A DNA stretch of 64,000 bases from an uncultured Anaerolineaceae bacterium. Its GTDB lineage: Bacteria; Chloroflexota; Anaerolineae; Anaerolineales; UBA4823. The position numbers were made by a program, and so were the translations under genes. Below the pieces are notes generated by a model, which did not search any database, was not told where the DNA came from, and saw only the letters and a program-made list of their open reading frames with translations. Shown in pieces: positions 43,164-56,928 of the stretch (position 1 is its first letter; each line of letters starts with the position of its first letter). The stretch lies in contig CAZSFD010000001.1 in the NCBI GenBank assembly GCA_964606085.1, positions 199,795-263,794 on the forward strand, read 5' to 3'.

Positions 43164-44288
43164 ATGGACTTCACCAACATCCTCCACGAACTGCTCAAGG
43201 GCCTGTCCAACTTCACCCTCGGCAACGCCTTCATGCTGCTGGTGGGCGGTACGCTGATCGCCCTGGCCGTGCTCAAAGAATATGAACCGGTGCTGCTGCT
43301 GCCAATAGGCTTCGGCTGCCTATTAGCCAACATCCCCATGACCGGCATGACATCGCCAGGCGGCCTGTTCGACGTGTTGTATCAGGCGGGCATCAGCAAC
43401 GAACTCTTTCCCTTGCTCATTTTTGTCGGCGTGGGGGCGATGATTGACTTTTCACCCCTGCTCTCACAGCCGCGCATGGTGCTGCTGGGCGCCGCCGGGC
43501 AGTTTGGCATCTTCGGCACGATGATGCTGGCGACCCTGCTCGGTTTCACACTCCAAGAATCGGCTTCGATTGGCATTATCGGGGCGATTGATGGGCCGAC
43601 CTCGATCTTCGTTGCCACCAAGTTGGCCCCCCACCTGCTGGCCCCCATCGCCGTGGCGGCCTATTCGTACATGAGCCTGGTGCCCATCATCCAGCCGCCG
43701 ATTATGAAGCTGCTCACCACCAAAGCCGAGCGCCGCATCCGCATGGAATACACGCCGCGGCCCGTGTCGCAGCGGGCGCGCATCCTGTTCCCGGTGGTGT
43801 GTACACTGGTGGTCGGGTTACTCGTCCCCGATGCCACGCCATTGATCAGTATGCTCATGTTGGGCAACCTGCTGCGCGAGAGCAAAGTGGTCGAACGGCT
43901 GAATAAGGCCGCCCAAAACGAGATCGCCAACATCGCCACGCTCTTTTTGGGCATCACCATCGGCTCGACAATGAACGCGCAGAGCTTCTTGAACGCCCAG
44001 ACGATCAGCATTCTCGTGTTGGGCCTGCTGGCCTTTGCCCTGGACACGGTGGCGGGGCTGCTGTTTGGCAAGCTGATGGCGTTCGTCACGCGCGGTGCGG
44101 TCAACCCGCTGATCGGCGCGGCGGGCATCAGCGCCTTCCCCATGGCCGGAAGGTTGGCCGCCCGCGTGGCCCAGGATGAAGATTTCGAGAACTTCATTTT
44201 GATGCACGCCATGGGGGCCAACACCGCCGGGCAATTGGGCAGTGTCATTGCCGGCGGGGTGCTGCTGGCGATCATGCTGGCGATGTGA
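43164..44288 (+). CDS. Na+-translocating decarboxylase beta subunit (OadB/MmdB/GcdB family)
   Basis: 374-aa polytopic protein. EYEPVLLLPIGFG.LLANIP, GAIDGPTSIF and IGAAGISAFPMAGR are typical of this family. Confidence 0.9.
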   Translation: MDFTNILHELLKGLSNFTLGNAFMLLVGGTLIALAVLKEYEPVLLLPIGFGCLLANIPMTGMTSPGGLFDVLYQAGISNELFPLLIFVGVGAMIDFSPLLSQPRMVLLGAAGQFGIFGTMMLATLLGFTLQESASIGIIGAIDGPTSIFVATKLAPHLLAPIAVAAYSYMSLVPIIQPPIMKLLTTKAERRIRMEYTPRPVSQRARILFPVVCTLVVGLLVPDATPLISMLMLGNLLRESKVVERLNKAAQNEIANIATLFLGITIGSTMNAQSFLNAQTISILVLGLLAFALDTVAGLLFGKLMAFVTRGAVNPLIGAAGISAFPMAGRLAARVAQDEDFENFILMHAMGANTAGQLGSVIAGGVLLAIMLAM

Positions 44289-44302
44289 TCGGCGGCGATC
44301 TC

Positions 44303-44358
44303 AAAAAAAGGCCACGAGCGCTGAGAAAGCAATTTTCTCAGCGCTCGTGGCCTTTTTT
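44303..44358. terminator. Bidirectional Rho-independent terminator
   Basis: A-run, an 18-bp perfect stem (ggccacgagcgctgagaa at 44310-44327 / ttctcagcgctcgtggcc at 44335-44352), then a T-run. Confidence 0.85.
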
Positions 44359-44377
44359 GCTGCTTTGAAAATAGCCC

Positions 44378-44465
44378 GTGGCGCAAGTCTCCGACTTGCG
44401 AGCGCTAAATTGCGCCGCTCCGCTGCATTGCGCACGTTCGCAAACCAAAGGTTTGCGCCACAGCG
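44378..44465. repeat. Cluster of GCGCAA-type REP-like hairpins
   Basis: gtggcgcaagtc-tccg-gacttgcg (44382-44400) and cgcaaacc-aaa-ggtttgcg-ccaca (44439-44462), with further ttgcgc words between them. Confidence 0.6.
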
Positions 44466-44495
44466 CGGGCGGATGGCATCTGCCCCTACACAATT

Positions 44496-45380
44496 TCAGG
44501 GGTTGGGTGGGGGCACATCGCGCGTTTCGGTTGGCGGGATGGGTGTGGCGGTGGGCTGGGTGGTGTCGGTGGGCAGCGGCTTGGGGGTGCCGGTGGGGGT
44601 TGGGGGCAATTCGGTTGGCGCGGGGAGGGGTGTCGGCGTGGTTGTAGCCGTTTCGGTCGGCGCAGCGGTTGCGGTGTCAGCCGCCGTCGGCGCGGTGGGC
44701 GTGGGGAGGTTGGGAACAGATAAACGCTGCCCGGTGAACAGCCGCGCATTGTCGGGCAGGCAATTGGCCTGTTGCAATGCGGTCAGCGATACGCCAAAAT
44801 ACTGGCTTAACCCAGTCAAGGTGTCGCCAGCCTGAACGATATAAAGCACCCAATCGGCCCGCGGGACGCACACCACAGTCGTGGCTGTCGGCGCAGGTGC
44901 GGCGGTGGCTTCAGGGAGCGGCGTTTCGGTTGGCGCAGTTTCGAGCGTGGGCGCGGGGGGCGGTGGGGGCGTATCGGTGGGCAGGGCGGTGGGGGGGGCG
45001 GGCGTGGCCGAGGCGGGCTGAGGCGTGGGCGGGGGAGTCCAGGTCTCAGGCGGGACAGGCAGCGCCGGCAGGCCCGACTGCCAGCCAGCCAGGCCCAACA
45101 CCAACGCCAGGGTGAAGGCCGCCAACGAAACCGCCACCCAGCGCCAATTGCCAACGCGCCGCGGCGTGGCGCTGATGGGCGCTGGCAACGGGCCGGCCGT
45201 CTTGCTGGCAAACACCGGGCAGCGAAAGTGTTGCGCCGATAGGCAAAAAGCCGCCTGATGTGTCAGCGCCACCGGTTCCACCGGCTGGGCGCGCTGACAA
45301 CAATTATGCTCCGATGGGAACAATTTACAGGTATCAGGGTCGTCGCGCAGACCCAGGAAGGGGCAGGTCAAATCGGTCAC
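44496..45380 (-). CDS. LysM peptidoglycan-binding membrane protein with Cys-rich cytoplasmic head
   Basis: N-terminal CPFLGL...CKLF...HNCCQ...FCLSAQHFRCP, a TM helix (WRWVAVSLAAFTLALVLGLAGW), P/T-rich linkers and LysM (YIVQAGDTLTGLSQYFGVSLTALQQANCL). Confidence 0.75.
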   Translation of the reverse strand: MTDLTCPFLGLRDDPDTCKLFPSEHNCCQRAQPVEPVALTHQAAFCLSAQHFRCPVFASKTAGPLPAPISATPRRVGNWRWVAVSLAAFTLALVLGLAGWQSGLPALPVPPETWTPPPTPQPASATPAPPTALPTDTPPPPPAPTLETAPTETPLPEATAAPAPTATTVVCVPRADWVLYIVQAGDTLTGLSQYFGVSLTALQQANCLPDNARLFTGQRLSVPNLPTPTAPTAADTATAAPTETATTTPTPLPAPTELPPTPTGTPKPLPTDTTQPTATPIPPTETRDVPPPNP

Positions 45381-45384
45381 AATC

Positions 45385-46050
45385 TCACGCTCTCAAATCG
45401 TGCAAAGATAAGGCCGGAAAGCCAATGGCCGCCAGTTCATCGAGCAAAACGTGGCGCAGTCGAAAGACCGTTTCTTCGTACTCCAGTTGTTCGATGCGCT
45501 CCAGGATGGCCGCCAGGCACATGCGATACAGATCGAATGGGTCAACACAGGCCAGGCAGTTGGCAAAATCTTCCTGCTGGCGGCACCAGGCGGCGCGTAG
45601 ATGCGCCAGTTCAATTTCCACCTCCTGAATCAACAGGTTCGTCACCGAAAGATGCGCTTGCGCCAGGAGGAAAGGCGCATCCGAAGAAAAAGCCAGATGG
45701 GTGCCGGCTTCATTGACCCTTTCGATGTACAGCGAACCGCCAAAGGTGAATAAATCTACATGCTTGCCTTTGCGGTCGAGCAAATCTATCTGCCCGACGC
45801 ACAGATGCCAATTCGACGGGCCGATCCAGGGGTGGGTGATCTTCAACAGTTCCAGGCCGCCGTCGGCAGAAGCGACCGATACATGCACCTGGTCGGGATC
45901 AAAGTGATGCTGCGATGGGCGGTCGAGCAAGTGAACTTCGAGGCGCGCATAACCGGGTTCGCTCGGACGGCGCGGCGGGTACAACACATACCCTAATTCG
46001 TGAGACAAGTTTTCATCCATCATGCAACCTATTCTATCAAAGCCATTCAA
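45385..46050 (-). CDS. Hypothetical protein, no recognised family
   Basis: 221-aa ORF, coding-like composition, 9 nt downstream of the FAD oxidase gene on the same strand. Confidence 0.45.
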   Translation of the reverse strand: MNGFDRIGCMMDENLSHELGYVLYPPRRPSEPGYARLEVHLLDRPSQHHFDPDQVHVSVASADGGLELLKITHPWIGPSNWHLCVGQIDLLDRKGKHVDLFTFGGSLYIERVNEAGTHLAFSSDAPFLLAQAHLSVTNLLIQEVEIELAHLRAAWCRQQEDFANCLACVDPFDLYRMCLAAILERIEQLEYEETVFRLRHVLLDELAAIGFPALSLHDLRA

Positions 46051-46059
46051 AGCCTGCCA

Positions 46060-49071
<3,012 letters not shown>

Positions 49072-49155
49072 CGGTGGTAGACGGCAAATTTTGAAAGAAA
49101 GACGAAAGGCCCGGCATCGGCAAAGGCCAAAATGGTGTTGCGGGCCTGCTCGATT

Positions 49156-50601
<1,446 letters not shown>

Positions 50602-50605
<4 letters not shown>

Positions 50606-51024
50606 GATCCGGTCTCCGATAATGTTCGCATCTTCTTTTGAAATTCTTCAAATTCGGCAAAGTATGAAGCAATCACCGCAGAAACAATTTTGATGGCGGT
50701 CGCTTCATCGTAGGTGTGTGAGGTTAAGTTGCGGTTCTCAATCATATCCATCCATGTACCGCCGTTTTGGATCAGATCGGCTTTGAAAGCGGCACGGGTG
50801 GTGTCTTTTGAGCCATACAGGTTCTGCACACCTTGTTCTTGCAAAAAATCTTTCAGCGTATTCCAGGCTAATTCATGGGTGTATTCAAATGCCTGTATCA
50901 AACCTTGTTCTTCCAGCTTTGAGAGCTTGCGTTGCCTGGAAAGCTCTACGGCTTCGCGTAATTGCGAAAAGGCTTTGGAGAAATTGTTGAAGCGTTGAAT
51001 CCAGCGAATATCTTGTGCGGTCAT
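50602..51024 (-). CDS. HEPN-domain protein of the HI0074 nucleotidyltransferase-substrate-binding family (toxin)
   Basis: IQRFNNFSKAF..L.EAV...QGLIQAFEYTHELAWNTLKDFL and the Rx4-6H motif (RNLTSHTY). Confidence 0.8.
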
Positions 51025-51061
51025 GGGAAGACCCCTGGGTGATAGTATTCCTGTTGATCAG

Positions 51062-53980
51062 TTACAAAACTTTCTTCACATCCAACAACCCACTGCGCTC
51101 CTGGTTGGCCTTTTCGATACTCTCTGCCGAACCCAACACCACGATTTCGCCTTTCTCGGCCAGGGATGCCAAAATTTCGGCGAACTGTTTGAAATCGCGC
51201 ACGCTGGCGGCCAGCACCTCGTCGCGGATTTTCTGGCGTTCGGCGTCGGTGTAGTGGGTGAGGTGGCGCACCATCGAGGTGTAGCCTTTGGCATCGGGGA
51301 GCATGTATGCATCGAGGTCGCCGATGACGCCGATGATGGTCTTGGTCAGTTCCGCTTCGCTCAGGTCGAGGTCGCGCAGGAAACGGGGGACGGCATCGTA
51401 GTTATCGAGCGTGGCGAGCAGGTTGGGGTCGCGGTATGAAAGGTAGGTGAACGTGCCGGAGGTCGGGTCGAAGACGCTGAAGCCGCCATACGCCCCGCCC
51501 TGCACACGCACCTTTTCCCACAGAAAGGTGGTGTTGAGGTAGTTGTTGATCACATGAACGGATCCATGCGGTTCATAGCCGAGAGCGTACAGGTTCGCGC
51601 CTTTGCCGACGTAGTTGACTTGCGCGGGGATGGTGAGACCTTCGTTGAAGGTTGAAGGTTGAAGGTTGGGGAAACTTGCAACCTTCAACCTGGAACTTTC
51701 AACCTTCCCCGCCGGGAGTTGCTCGATGAAGGCGGCGAGTTGCGGCTCGAACGCCTGCCAGTTGGCTGCGTCGAGGGTGACGTTGGCGAGGGCGGCGGAG
51801 CGGTGGATGAGGGCCTGGCGCACGGTTTCGAGGCGGGCGAGGACGCCGGGCCAGTCGCTTTCGATGTCGCTGGTAAGCTGGCGCAGGAAGAACAGGTGGT
51901 CAATGCCGCCAATTTGCTCAGAGACCCAATCGGCCTCGCTGAAGCGGGCGCGCAGGCGGCGGTTGACCACGCCATGCCCGCCGGGGATCAGCCCGGCTTC
52001 GGCACGCGCCTTTTCCTCGAGGACGATCTGCTGGAAGCGCTGGCGGTTGTCGAGGTTGGCGGTTAGCAGCACATCTTTGAGGATGGCGAGCAGTTCGCCG
52101 GTTTGGGCGGCTACGGCTTTGCCGCGCAGGAAGAAGTACAGCGCCGAATCGCTGGATTCGCGGATGGCGGAGGTGAGCGTGGCCGAGCGGATGCCGCCGG
52201 TGTTCTGGCCGATGCGCTGCGTCAGTTGGACGAAATCTTGCGTGGCCGTACCCATTTCGAGCAGGGCGCGCCCGAACAGGCCGATGAAGGGCAGCAAATC
52301 GGTGGGCAGGTGGTGTAGGTCAAAGCCGAGGTCGAGGTAGGCGATGCCGTTGGTGAACAGGTCGTGGTAGAGAACGGGGGTAATGCCCGCTTTTTGGATG
52401 GCAATGGGGATGGTTTTGATCGTCTTTTCGATGTCGGCCAGGGCCAGCGAGGGAATTTTCGCCAGGGCTGCGGGGGAATCGGGCGCTTCCTGGCGGCGTT
52501 CGAGGTCGGCGGCGGTTTCGATCACGCGAGCCATGTCGGCGGGGGTCATGGCGGCTTTGGCGGCGGCCAGGCGGGCTTCCTCGGCGGCGGCGCGGCGTTT
52601 GCCTTCTTCGGCGTCGGGCAGCAGGTGGACGGTGGCGCGGTGGGGGTTGTTCAATAAGTATTTTTGAATCAGGTTTTCAAAATAACGTGATGGGTGATTC
52701 GTGTTGCGTTTGATTTCCTGGAGAGGCGCTTCAAACGACAAGGCTTCAAAGGGGTCGCCGTCGTAAAGCCAGGTGGAGAGGGCGTTGAGCATGAGGAACA
52801 GGCCGCGCGGGAAGCGTCCGGTGTTTTGCTCGCGCAGGCGAAATTCGATAGTGTTGATGGAAGCGGCCACGGTGCCGGGGTCGATCCCTTCGGCGGCCAG
52901 TTTTTGCAGGGTTTCGAGGATCAGCGCTTCCACTTTGTCGAGATTTTCGGCAGCCACGCCTTTCATGCCAGTGCCATAGTACATTTGCTTGAGGCTTTCC
53001 TCGAAGCCGGCGCCGGCCATATCCTCACCGAGACCCGAATCCATCAGGGCTTTGCGCAGCGGTGAGGCGGGCGTGGCGGTGAGGATGTGGGCGAGAATGC
53101 TCAGGCCCATCGTGTCGCGGTGACCGGCCTCGGGCAGCAGCCAGTTGACGGTGATGTACGATTTGGGGTTTTCGGCGTCGCCGGCGTCGTAGGCGTGCGT
53201 GAGGCGGCGGGGAGCGTCGAAGCGGGGCTGCAACGCCAGGCCGGAATGTGGGTCGCGGCGCTCGAAATCTTTCAGCCAGCTATCCAGAAATTCCAGGCGG
53301 CGTTCTTCGGGATCATCGCCAGAAAACCAGATGTAGGCGTTCGATGGGTGGTAATAATTCTCGTGGAAGGCTTTGAACTCGGCGTAAGTGAGATCGGGGA
53401 TGACGGCCGGATCGCCGCCGGAATCGAGGCCATACTGCGTGTCGGGGAAGAGGCTGCCCTGGCTGTGTTCGTAGAGCAGGCTGTCGGGCGAGGAGTAGTT
53501 GCCTTTCATCTCGTTGAAGACCACGCCCTTGAAGGTCAGCGGGGCTTCGGGGTTTTCCAGTTCGTAGTGCCAGCCTTCTTGCATCAGAGTTTGCTCGCTG
53601 ATAAGCGGGTAAAAGACCGCATCCAGGTAGACATCGGCCAGGTTGTACAGGTCTTGCAGGTTTTGGCTGGCTACGGGGTAGCAGGTTTTGTCGGGAAAGG
53701 TCATGGCGTTGAGGAAGGTGTTGAGCGAGCCTTTGGCCAGTTCGATGAAGGGTTCTTTGACCGGGTATTTGCGCGAGCCGCACAACACCGAATGCTCCAT
53801 GATGTGGGCGATGCCGTTGGAGGTGGCGGGCGGTGTGCGGAAGCTGACGCCGAAAACTTTGTTTTCGTCGTCGTTGAGGACGGAAATCAGGCGGGCGCCG
53901 GTTTTGCCGTGTTCGTAGAGGCGCACGAGGGCGTTGATTTCGGGGATGTGTTTTTCTTGGAGGAGGGTGAAGGGGGACAT
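51062..53980 (-). CDS. M16C insulinase-family metalloprotease (PreP-like)
   Basis: 972 aa. Inverted zinc motif HxxEH (GIAHIMEHSVLCGS) and the four-domain length typical of presequence-protease-type enzymes. Confidence 0.9.
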   Translation of the reverse strand: MSPFTLLQEKHIPEINALVRLYEHGKTGARLISVLNDDENKVFGVSFRTPPATSNGIAHIMEHSVLCGSRKYPVKEPFIELAKGSLNTFLNAMTFPDKTCYPVASQNLQDLYNLADVYLDAVFYPLISEQTLMQEGWHYELENPEAPLTFKGVVFNEMKGNYSSPDSLLYEHSQGSLFPDTQYGLDSGGDPAVIPDLTYAEFKAFHENYYHPSNAYIWFSGDDPEERRLEFLDSWLKDFERRDPHSGLALQPRFDAPRRLTHAYDAGDAENPKSYITVNWLLPEAGHRDTMGLSILAHILTATPASPLRKALMDSGLGEDMAGAGFEESLKQMYYGTGMKGVAAENLDKVEALILETLQKLAAEGIDPGTVAASINTIEFRLREQNTGRFPRGLFLMLNALSTWLYDGDPFEALSFEAPLQEIKRNTNHPSRYFENLIQKYLLNNPHRATVHLLPDAEEGKRRAAAEEARLAAAKAAMTPADMARVIETAADLERRQEAPDSPAALAKIPSLALADIEKTIKTIPIAIQKAGITPVLYHDLFTNGIAYLDLGFDLHHLPTDLLPFIGLFGRALLEMGTATQDFVQLTQRIGQNTGGIRSATLTSAIRESSDSALYFFLRGKAVAAQTGELLAILKDVLLTANLDNRQRFQQIVLEEKARAEAGLIPGGHGVVNRRLRARFSEADWVSEQIGGIDHLFFLRQLTSDIESDWPGVLARLETVRQALIHRSAALANVTLDAANWQAFEPQLAAFIEQLPAGKVESSRLKVASFPNLQPSTFNEGLTIPAQVNYVGKGANLYALGYEPHGSVHVINNYLNTTFLWEKVRVQGGAYGGFSVFDPTSGTFTYLSYRDPNLLATLDNYDAVPRFLRDLDLSEAELTKTIIGVIGDLDAYMLPDAKGYTSMVRHLTHYTDAERQKIRDEVLAASVRDFKQFAEILASLAEKGEIVVLGSAESIEKANQERSGLLDVKKVL
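51644..51710. repeat. GTTGAAGG/CCTTCAAC hairpin element inside the protease CDS
   Basis: gttgaaggttgaaggttgaaggttgg...caaccttcaacctggaactttcaaccttcccc, translated as SSRLKVASFPNLQPSTFNEG. Confidence 0.8.
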
Positions 53981-54056
53981 AGGTGAAGGGGGTGGGAGGG
54001 TGGGAGGACGAAGGGGTGAGAGGGTGAGAGATTCGCCGGTTGAGCCTGTCGAAACA

Positions 54057-54470
54057 TCAGGGGGTTAGGGGTTTGTATGGGAGGGGTTCGAGAGAGAGTT
54101 TACCAGCGAGCGTGTCATATTCGGGGTCTTTGTGCAGCAAGGTGGCGCGGTGTTGGATGGCGGTGGCGGCGATGATCGAATCGGCCAGGGAGAGGCGGCC
54201 CGTGGCTTTGAGGCGGGCGGCGACCAATAGCGTAGGCTCGTCGGCCTCCCAGATGATGCGGGCATTGAGCTTCTTCAGCATGGCGTAGCGCCGGTTGGCA
54301 ACTTCGTCGCCGTATTCGCGCCGCGAGATATACATCACTTCCAAAATAGCAACCCACGGAATGATGATTTCATGTTGGCGCAGAACTTCCTCAACGCGGT
54401 CGGCGCCATCTTCATCTTCAATCAGGGTGAACAAGGCAGAAGTATCCAGCACAAAGGGACTAGCGGCCAT
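54057..54470 (-). CDS. vapC: PIN-domain ribonuclease toxin VapC
   Basis: FVLDTSALFTLIEDEDG...; acidic PIN residues; 11-nt overlap with the upstream antitoxin gene. Confidence 0.8.
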   Translation of the reverse strand: MAASPFVLDTSALFTLIEDEDGADRVEEVLRQHEIIIPWVAILEVMYISRREYGDEVANRRYAMLKKLNARIIWEADEPTLLVAARLKATGRLSLADSIIAATAIQHRATLLHKDPEYDTLAGKLSLEPLPYKPLTP

Positions 54471-54702
54471 TGGCGTCCTCGCGCTCGCGGTCTTTGCGCC
54501 GCTCTTCCAGTAATTTTTGGGTCAAGCCCTGACCCTTGCCGCAGCCGCGCAACGCTTCGATGGGATCAGCCGGAACGGGGACAACGTGAATCCCTTCGCC
54601 ATCATCAATCCACACCAGCTTGTCGCCATCGTGAATGTTGTAGCGCTCGCGAATGGCGGCAGGAACAACGGTTTGCCCACGGCGGGTAACGACAGTTTGC
54701 AT
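54460..54702 (-). CDS. vapB: AbrB/SpoVT-fold antitoxin VapB
   Basis: MQTVVTRRGQTVVPAAIRERYNIHDGDKLVWIDDGEGIHVVP. AAGGAG RBS before the ATG at 54702. Confidence 0.75.
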   Translation of the reverse strand: MQTVVTRRGQTVVPAAIRERYNIHDGDKLVWIDDGEGIHVVPVPADPIEALRGCGKGQGLTQKLLEERRKDREREDANGR

Positions 54703-54763
54703 ACAAAACTCCTTTGGCACATGATATATCCCCATTTTACAAGACAAAAAACCGTTTTACAAG

Positions 54764-55525
54764 TCAAATGCCGTTCTTGCCTTGTAAGCAGCGCGTTGCC
54801 AGCTTGGCCGCCACGTCCATGCGATATTCGGCGCTGGCCCAGGGGTCTGTGGCTTCATGGAAAGCGTTGCGGGCGGCGCTCTCCATGCCTTCTGCGCCCG
54901 AACCATCCATCGCCAGCAGGGGGGATTGGCCGTAGCCACCGACGGCCAGGCGTGTGCGGCCTGACGGCCACTGCGCCGCCGCCGCACACACGATAGGCCG
55001 GTCGGCGGGCGTGCGGGCGACGTATTCGAAGCCCAATTGGACGTTGGCGGGAATAGTGATGGCGGTGATCAGGCGGTGGGCGAGGTCGCGCAAAGGGAGA
55101 AAATTGCCAAGCGAGACAGATGTGATACGTGATTCGTGCTGTGCAATCGTGATATAGGCATCGAGGGCGAGGAGGGTGGTGGCAAAGGAGGAGCGTCCGT
55201 CACAGGCGATCAGGCTGCCAGCCACCGTTGCCATGTTGCGAAGGTTGATGGCGGCCTCAAGACGGATGGCGGCTTTGAGGGCCTCGGGGACGGTTTCGTA
55301 TTCGAGCAATTCTTGCAGCGTGACCGTTGCGCCGATTTCCAGGTTATTGCCTTTGCGCTGAATCTGGTTCAGCCCGAGGGCCTGCAAATCTACCACGGCC
55401 ACGTCACGCCCACCAAAGGCTGGCGTATTGATCAACGTGCCACCCGCGAGGGGAATCGTCTCTGCCTGGGTCAGCAGAGCAAGGGCCTCTTCCAGGGTTT
55501 GAGGGCGAAAATAGTGTGTAATCAT
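54764..55525 (-). CDS. FAD-binding (medium, CoxM/XdhB-like) subunit of a molybdopterin dehydrogenase
   Basis: MITHYFRPQTLEEALALLTQAETIPLAGGTLIN... No large or small subunit gene is adjacent in this window. Confidence 0.7.
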   Translation of the reverse strand: MITHYFRPQTLEEALALLTQAETIPLAGGTLINTPAFGGRDVAVVDLQALGLNQIQRKGNNLEIGATVTLQELLEYETVPEALKAAIRLEAAINLRNMATVAGSLIACDGRSSFATTLLALDAYITIAQHESRITSVSLGNFLPLRDLAHRLITAITIPANVQLGFEYVARTPADRPIVCAAAAQWPSGRTRLAVGGYGQSPLLAMDGSGAEGMESAARNAFHEATDPWASAEYRMDVAAKLATRCLQGKNGI

Positions 55526-55526
55526 C

Positions 55527-56066
55527 TCAGTCCTCGTACACTTTCCAGCCGAGCGCTTCCAAATCGGCATGATCGATCATCGCATCGGGAACATCTACCA
55601 GCAGCAGATCGGCTTCGGCCAGCAATTCGCCATCAGGGGCGTAGATGGCTGCGCTGGCGGTGGCTGTGCGGCTCTTATTTTTGCCAGGCCGCCCCACAAC
55701 TTTGAGCGGTTGGCCGGTGGGCACGTTTTTGCGATAGCGAATCTCCATCCGGGCGGTGAAGAGGAAGCGCGGCTGGTTGGGGTCGCCCATGTAGACGCGC
55801 CCGCCGGCCTCGTCGAGCATGGCAGCCACGATGCCGCCGTGGACGACGCCAGGATAGCCCTGGTATTGCTCAGGCACGGTGTGTTCGACGATCACTTCGC
55901 CGCTATCGGCAGTATAGAATTTGAGTTGGAGGCCAAAGGGGTTTTCAACACCGCAAATGAAGCAGTGGCGCGAGTTGGGTTGGCGGATAGTCAAGGCAGG
56001 CTCCTGGGAAAAGATGGTGCTGGCAATTATAACGCCCCCGAAAGCCACACTCGCTTGCTTCTGCAA
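55527..56066 (-). CDS. PaaI/hotdog-fold thioesterase
   Basis: HCFICGVENPFGLQLKFY...GYPGVVHGGIVAAMLDEAGG. Start codon uncertain. Confidence 0.7.
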   Translation of the reverse strand: MQKQASVAFGGVIIASTIFSQEPALTIRQPNSRHCFICGVENPFGLQLKFYTADSGEVIVEHTVPEQYQGYPGVVHGGIVAAMLDEAGGRVYMGDPNQPRFLFTARMEIRYRKNVPTGQPLKVVGRPGKNKSRTATASAAIYAPDGELLAEADLLLVDVPDAMIDHADLEALGWKVYED

Positions 56067-56174
56067 CCCTTTCCAAATCTACAACAGCGTTCACAGAGGA
56101 AAACCGCTGCGAACGCTGTGACAAAATTCAACCCAAAGGCGGATCGCCACCCAAAAGGGCAAATACAACATTGT

Positions 56175-56873
56175 TCACTGGCGGTCTCCAGGAGCGATGA
56201 AGCCATGGCGATATTTCACCAGCAAATCGTCCAGCGCTTCGCGCAGCAGCACGGCATCACTCACGCCCTGTTCTTTGGCCAATTCGGTCAGGCGTTCGAG
56301 CTGGGTCTGGGTAAAGTGGGCGGTCTTGGGTACCATGCGTTCTTCGTAGGCCAGCATGATTTTGTTGCGCCCGGTCACCTTGGCGCGATACACCGCCGCA
56401 TCGGCTTTGCGCAGCAAGGAGTTTTCGTCCTCGCCGTCAATGGGGTAGGCGGCGATGCCGGCGGTGACGGTGACATGAGCCGGATAGATTTTATGGGGCG
56501 TTGGATCAAAATCACAGGCGGGATAGGATATGGTGGCTTCCACTTCGGTACGCACCTTCTCCAGGCGCAAGAAGGCCTGTTCACGCTCCACTTCGGGGAA
56601 TAACAGGGCGAATTCGTCGCCGCCATAGCGGAAAGCTTTCATGTCGCCGCTGAGGTGCTTTTTGAGGATGGCAGCCACGCCCACCAAAACGGCATCACCC
56701 CCGGCGTGACCATGTTCGCCGTTGATCTTCAGAAAATTATCCAAATCCAGGTAGGCCAGCGAGAAAAGCGGCAGCCCCGATTTTGTCTGTTCCAGCAGGT
56801 CGCGCAGGCTTTCTTCAAATGCCTGGCGGTTGCCCAGGCCGGTAAGAGAATCGGCTGAAGTTAAGGTATCCAT
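56175..56873 (-). CDS. GGDEF diguanylate cyclase fused to a C-terminal ribbon-helix-helix-like segment
   Basis: LTGLGNRQAFEESL, YLDLDNFLKINGEHGHAGGDAVL, RYGGDEFALL (intact active site). The tail (KTAHFTQTQLERLTELAKEQGVSDAVLLREALDDLL) resembles CopG/ParD RHH. Confidence 0.8.
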   Translation of the reverse strand: MDTLTSADSLTGLGNRQAFEESLRDLLEQTKSGLPLFSLAYLDLDNFLKINGEHGHAGGDAVLVGVAAILKKHLSGDMKAFRYGGDEFALLFPEVEREQAFLRLEKVRTEVEATISYPACDFDPTPHKIYPAHVTVTAGIAAYPIDGEDENSLLRKADAAVYRAKVTGRNKIMLAYEERMVPKTAHFTQTQLERLTELAKEQGVSDAVLLREALDDLLVKYRHGFIAPGDRQ

Positions 56874-56906
56874 AGTTGCTCCTTTTATTTATAAATAATA
56901 TAAGAT

Positions 56907-56928
56907 AATAATATATCAATATATTATT
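56907..56928. promoter_or_regulatory. AT-only palindrome upstream of the GGDEF-RHH gene (candidate operator)
   Basis: aataatatat-ca-atatattatt is a perfect 10-bp-arm palindrome, 34 nt upstream of the start at 56873. Confidence 0.35.

Noticed and set aside
55128-55140. acgtgattcgtg in the CoxM-like gene (peptide HESRIT), similar to the repeat at 46414-46473
   Set aside because: The 12-nt match is too short to call an element copy. It is mentioned only as a possible relic.
53087-56603. 299-aa (53087-53986) and 344-aa (55569-56603) plus-strand ORFs
   Set aside because: They are antisense to the M16 protease and to the thioesterase/GGDEF genes respectively. No motifs are present and the composition is that of shadow ORFs.
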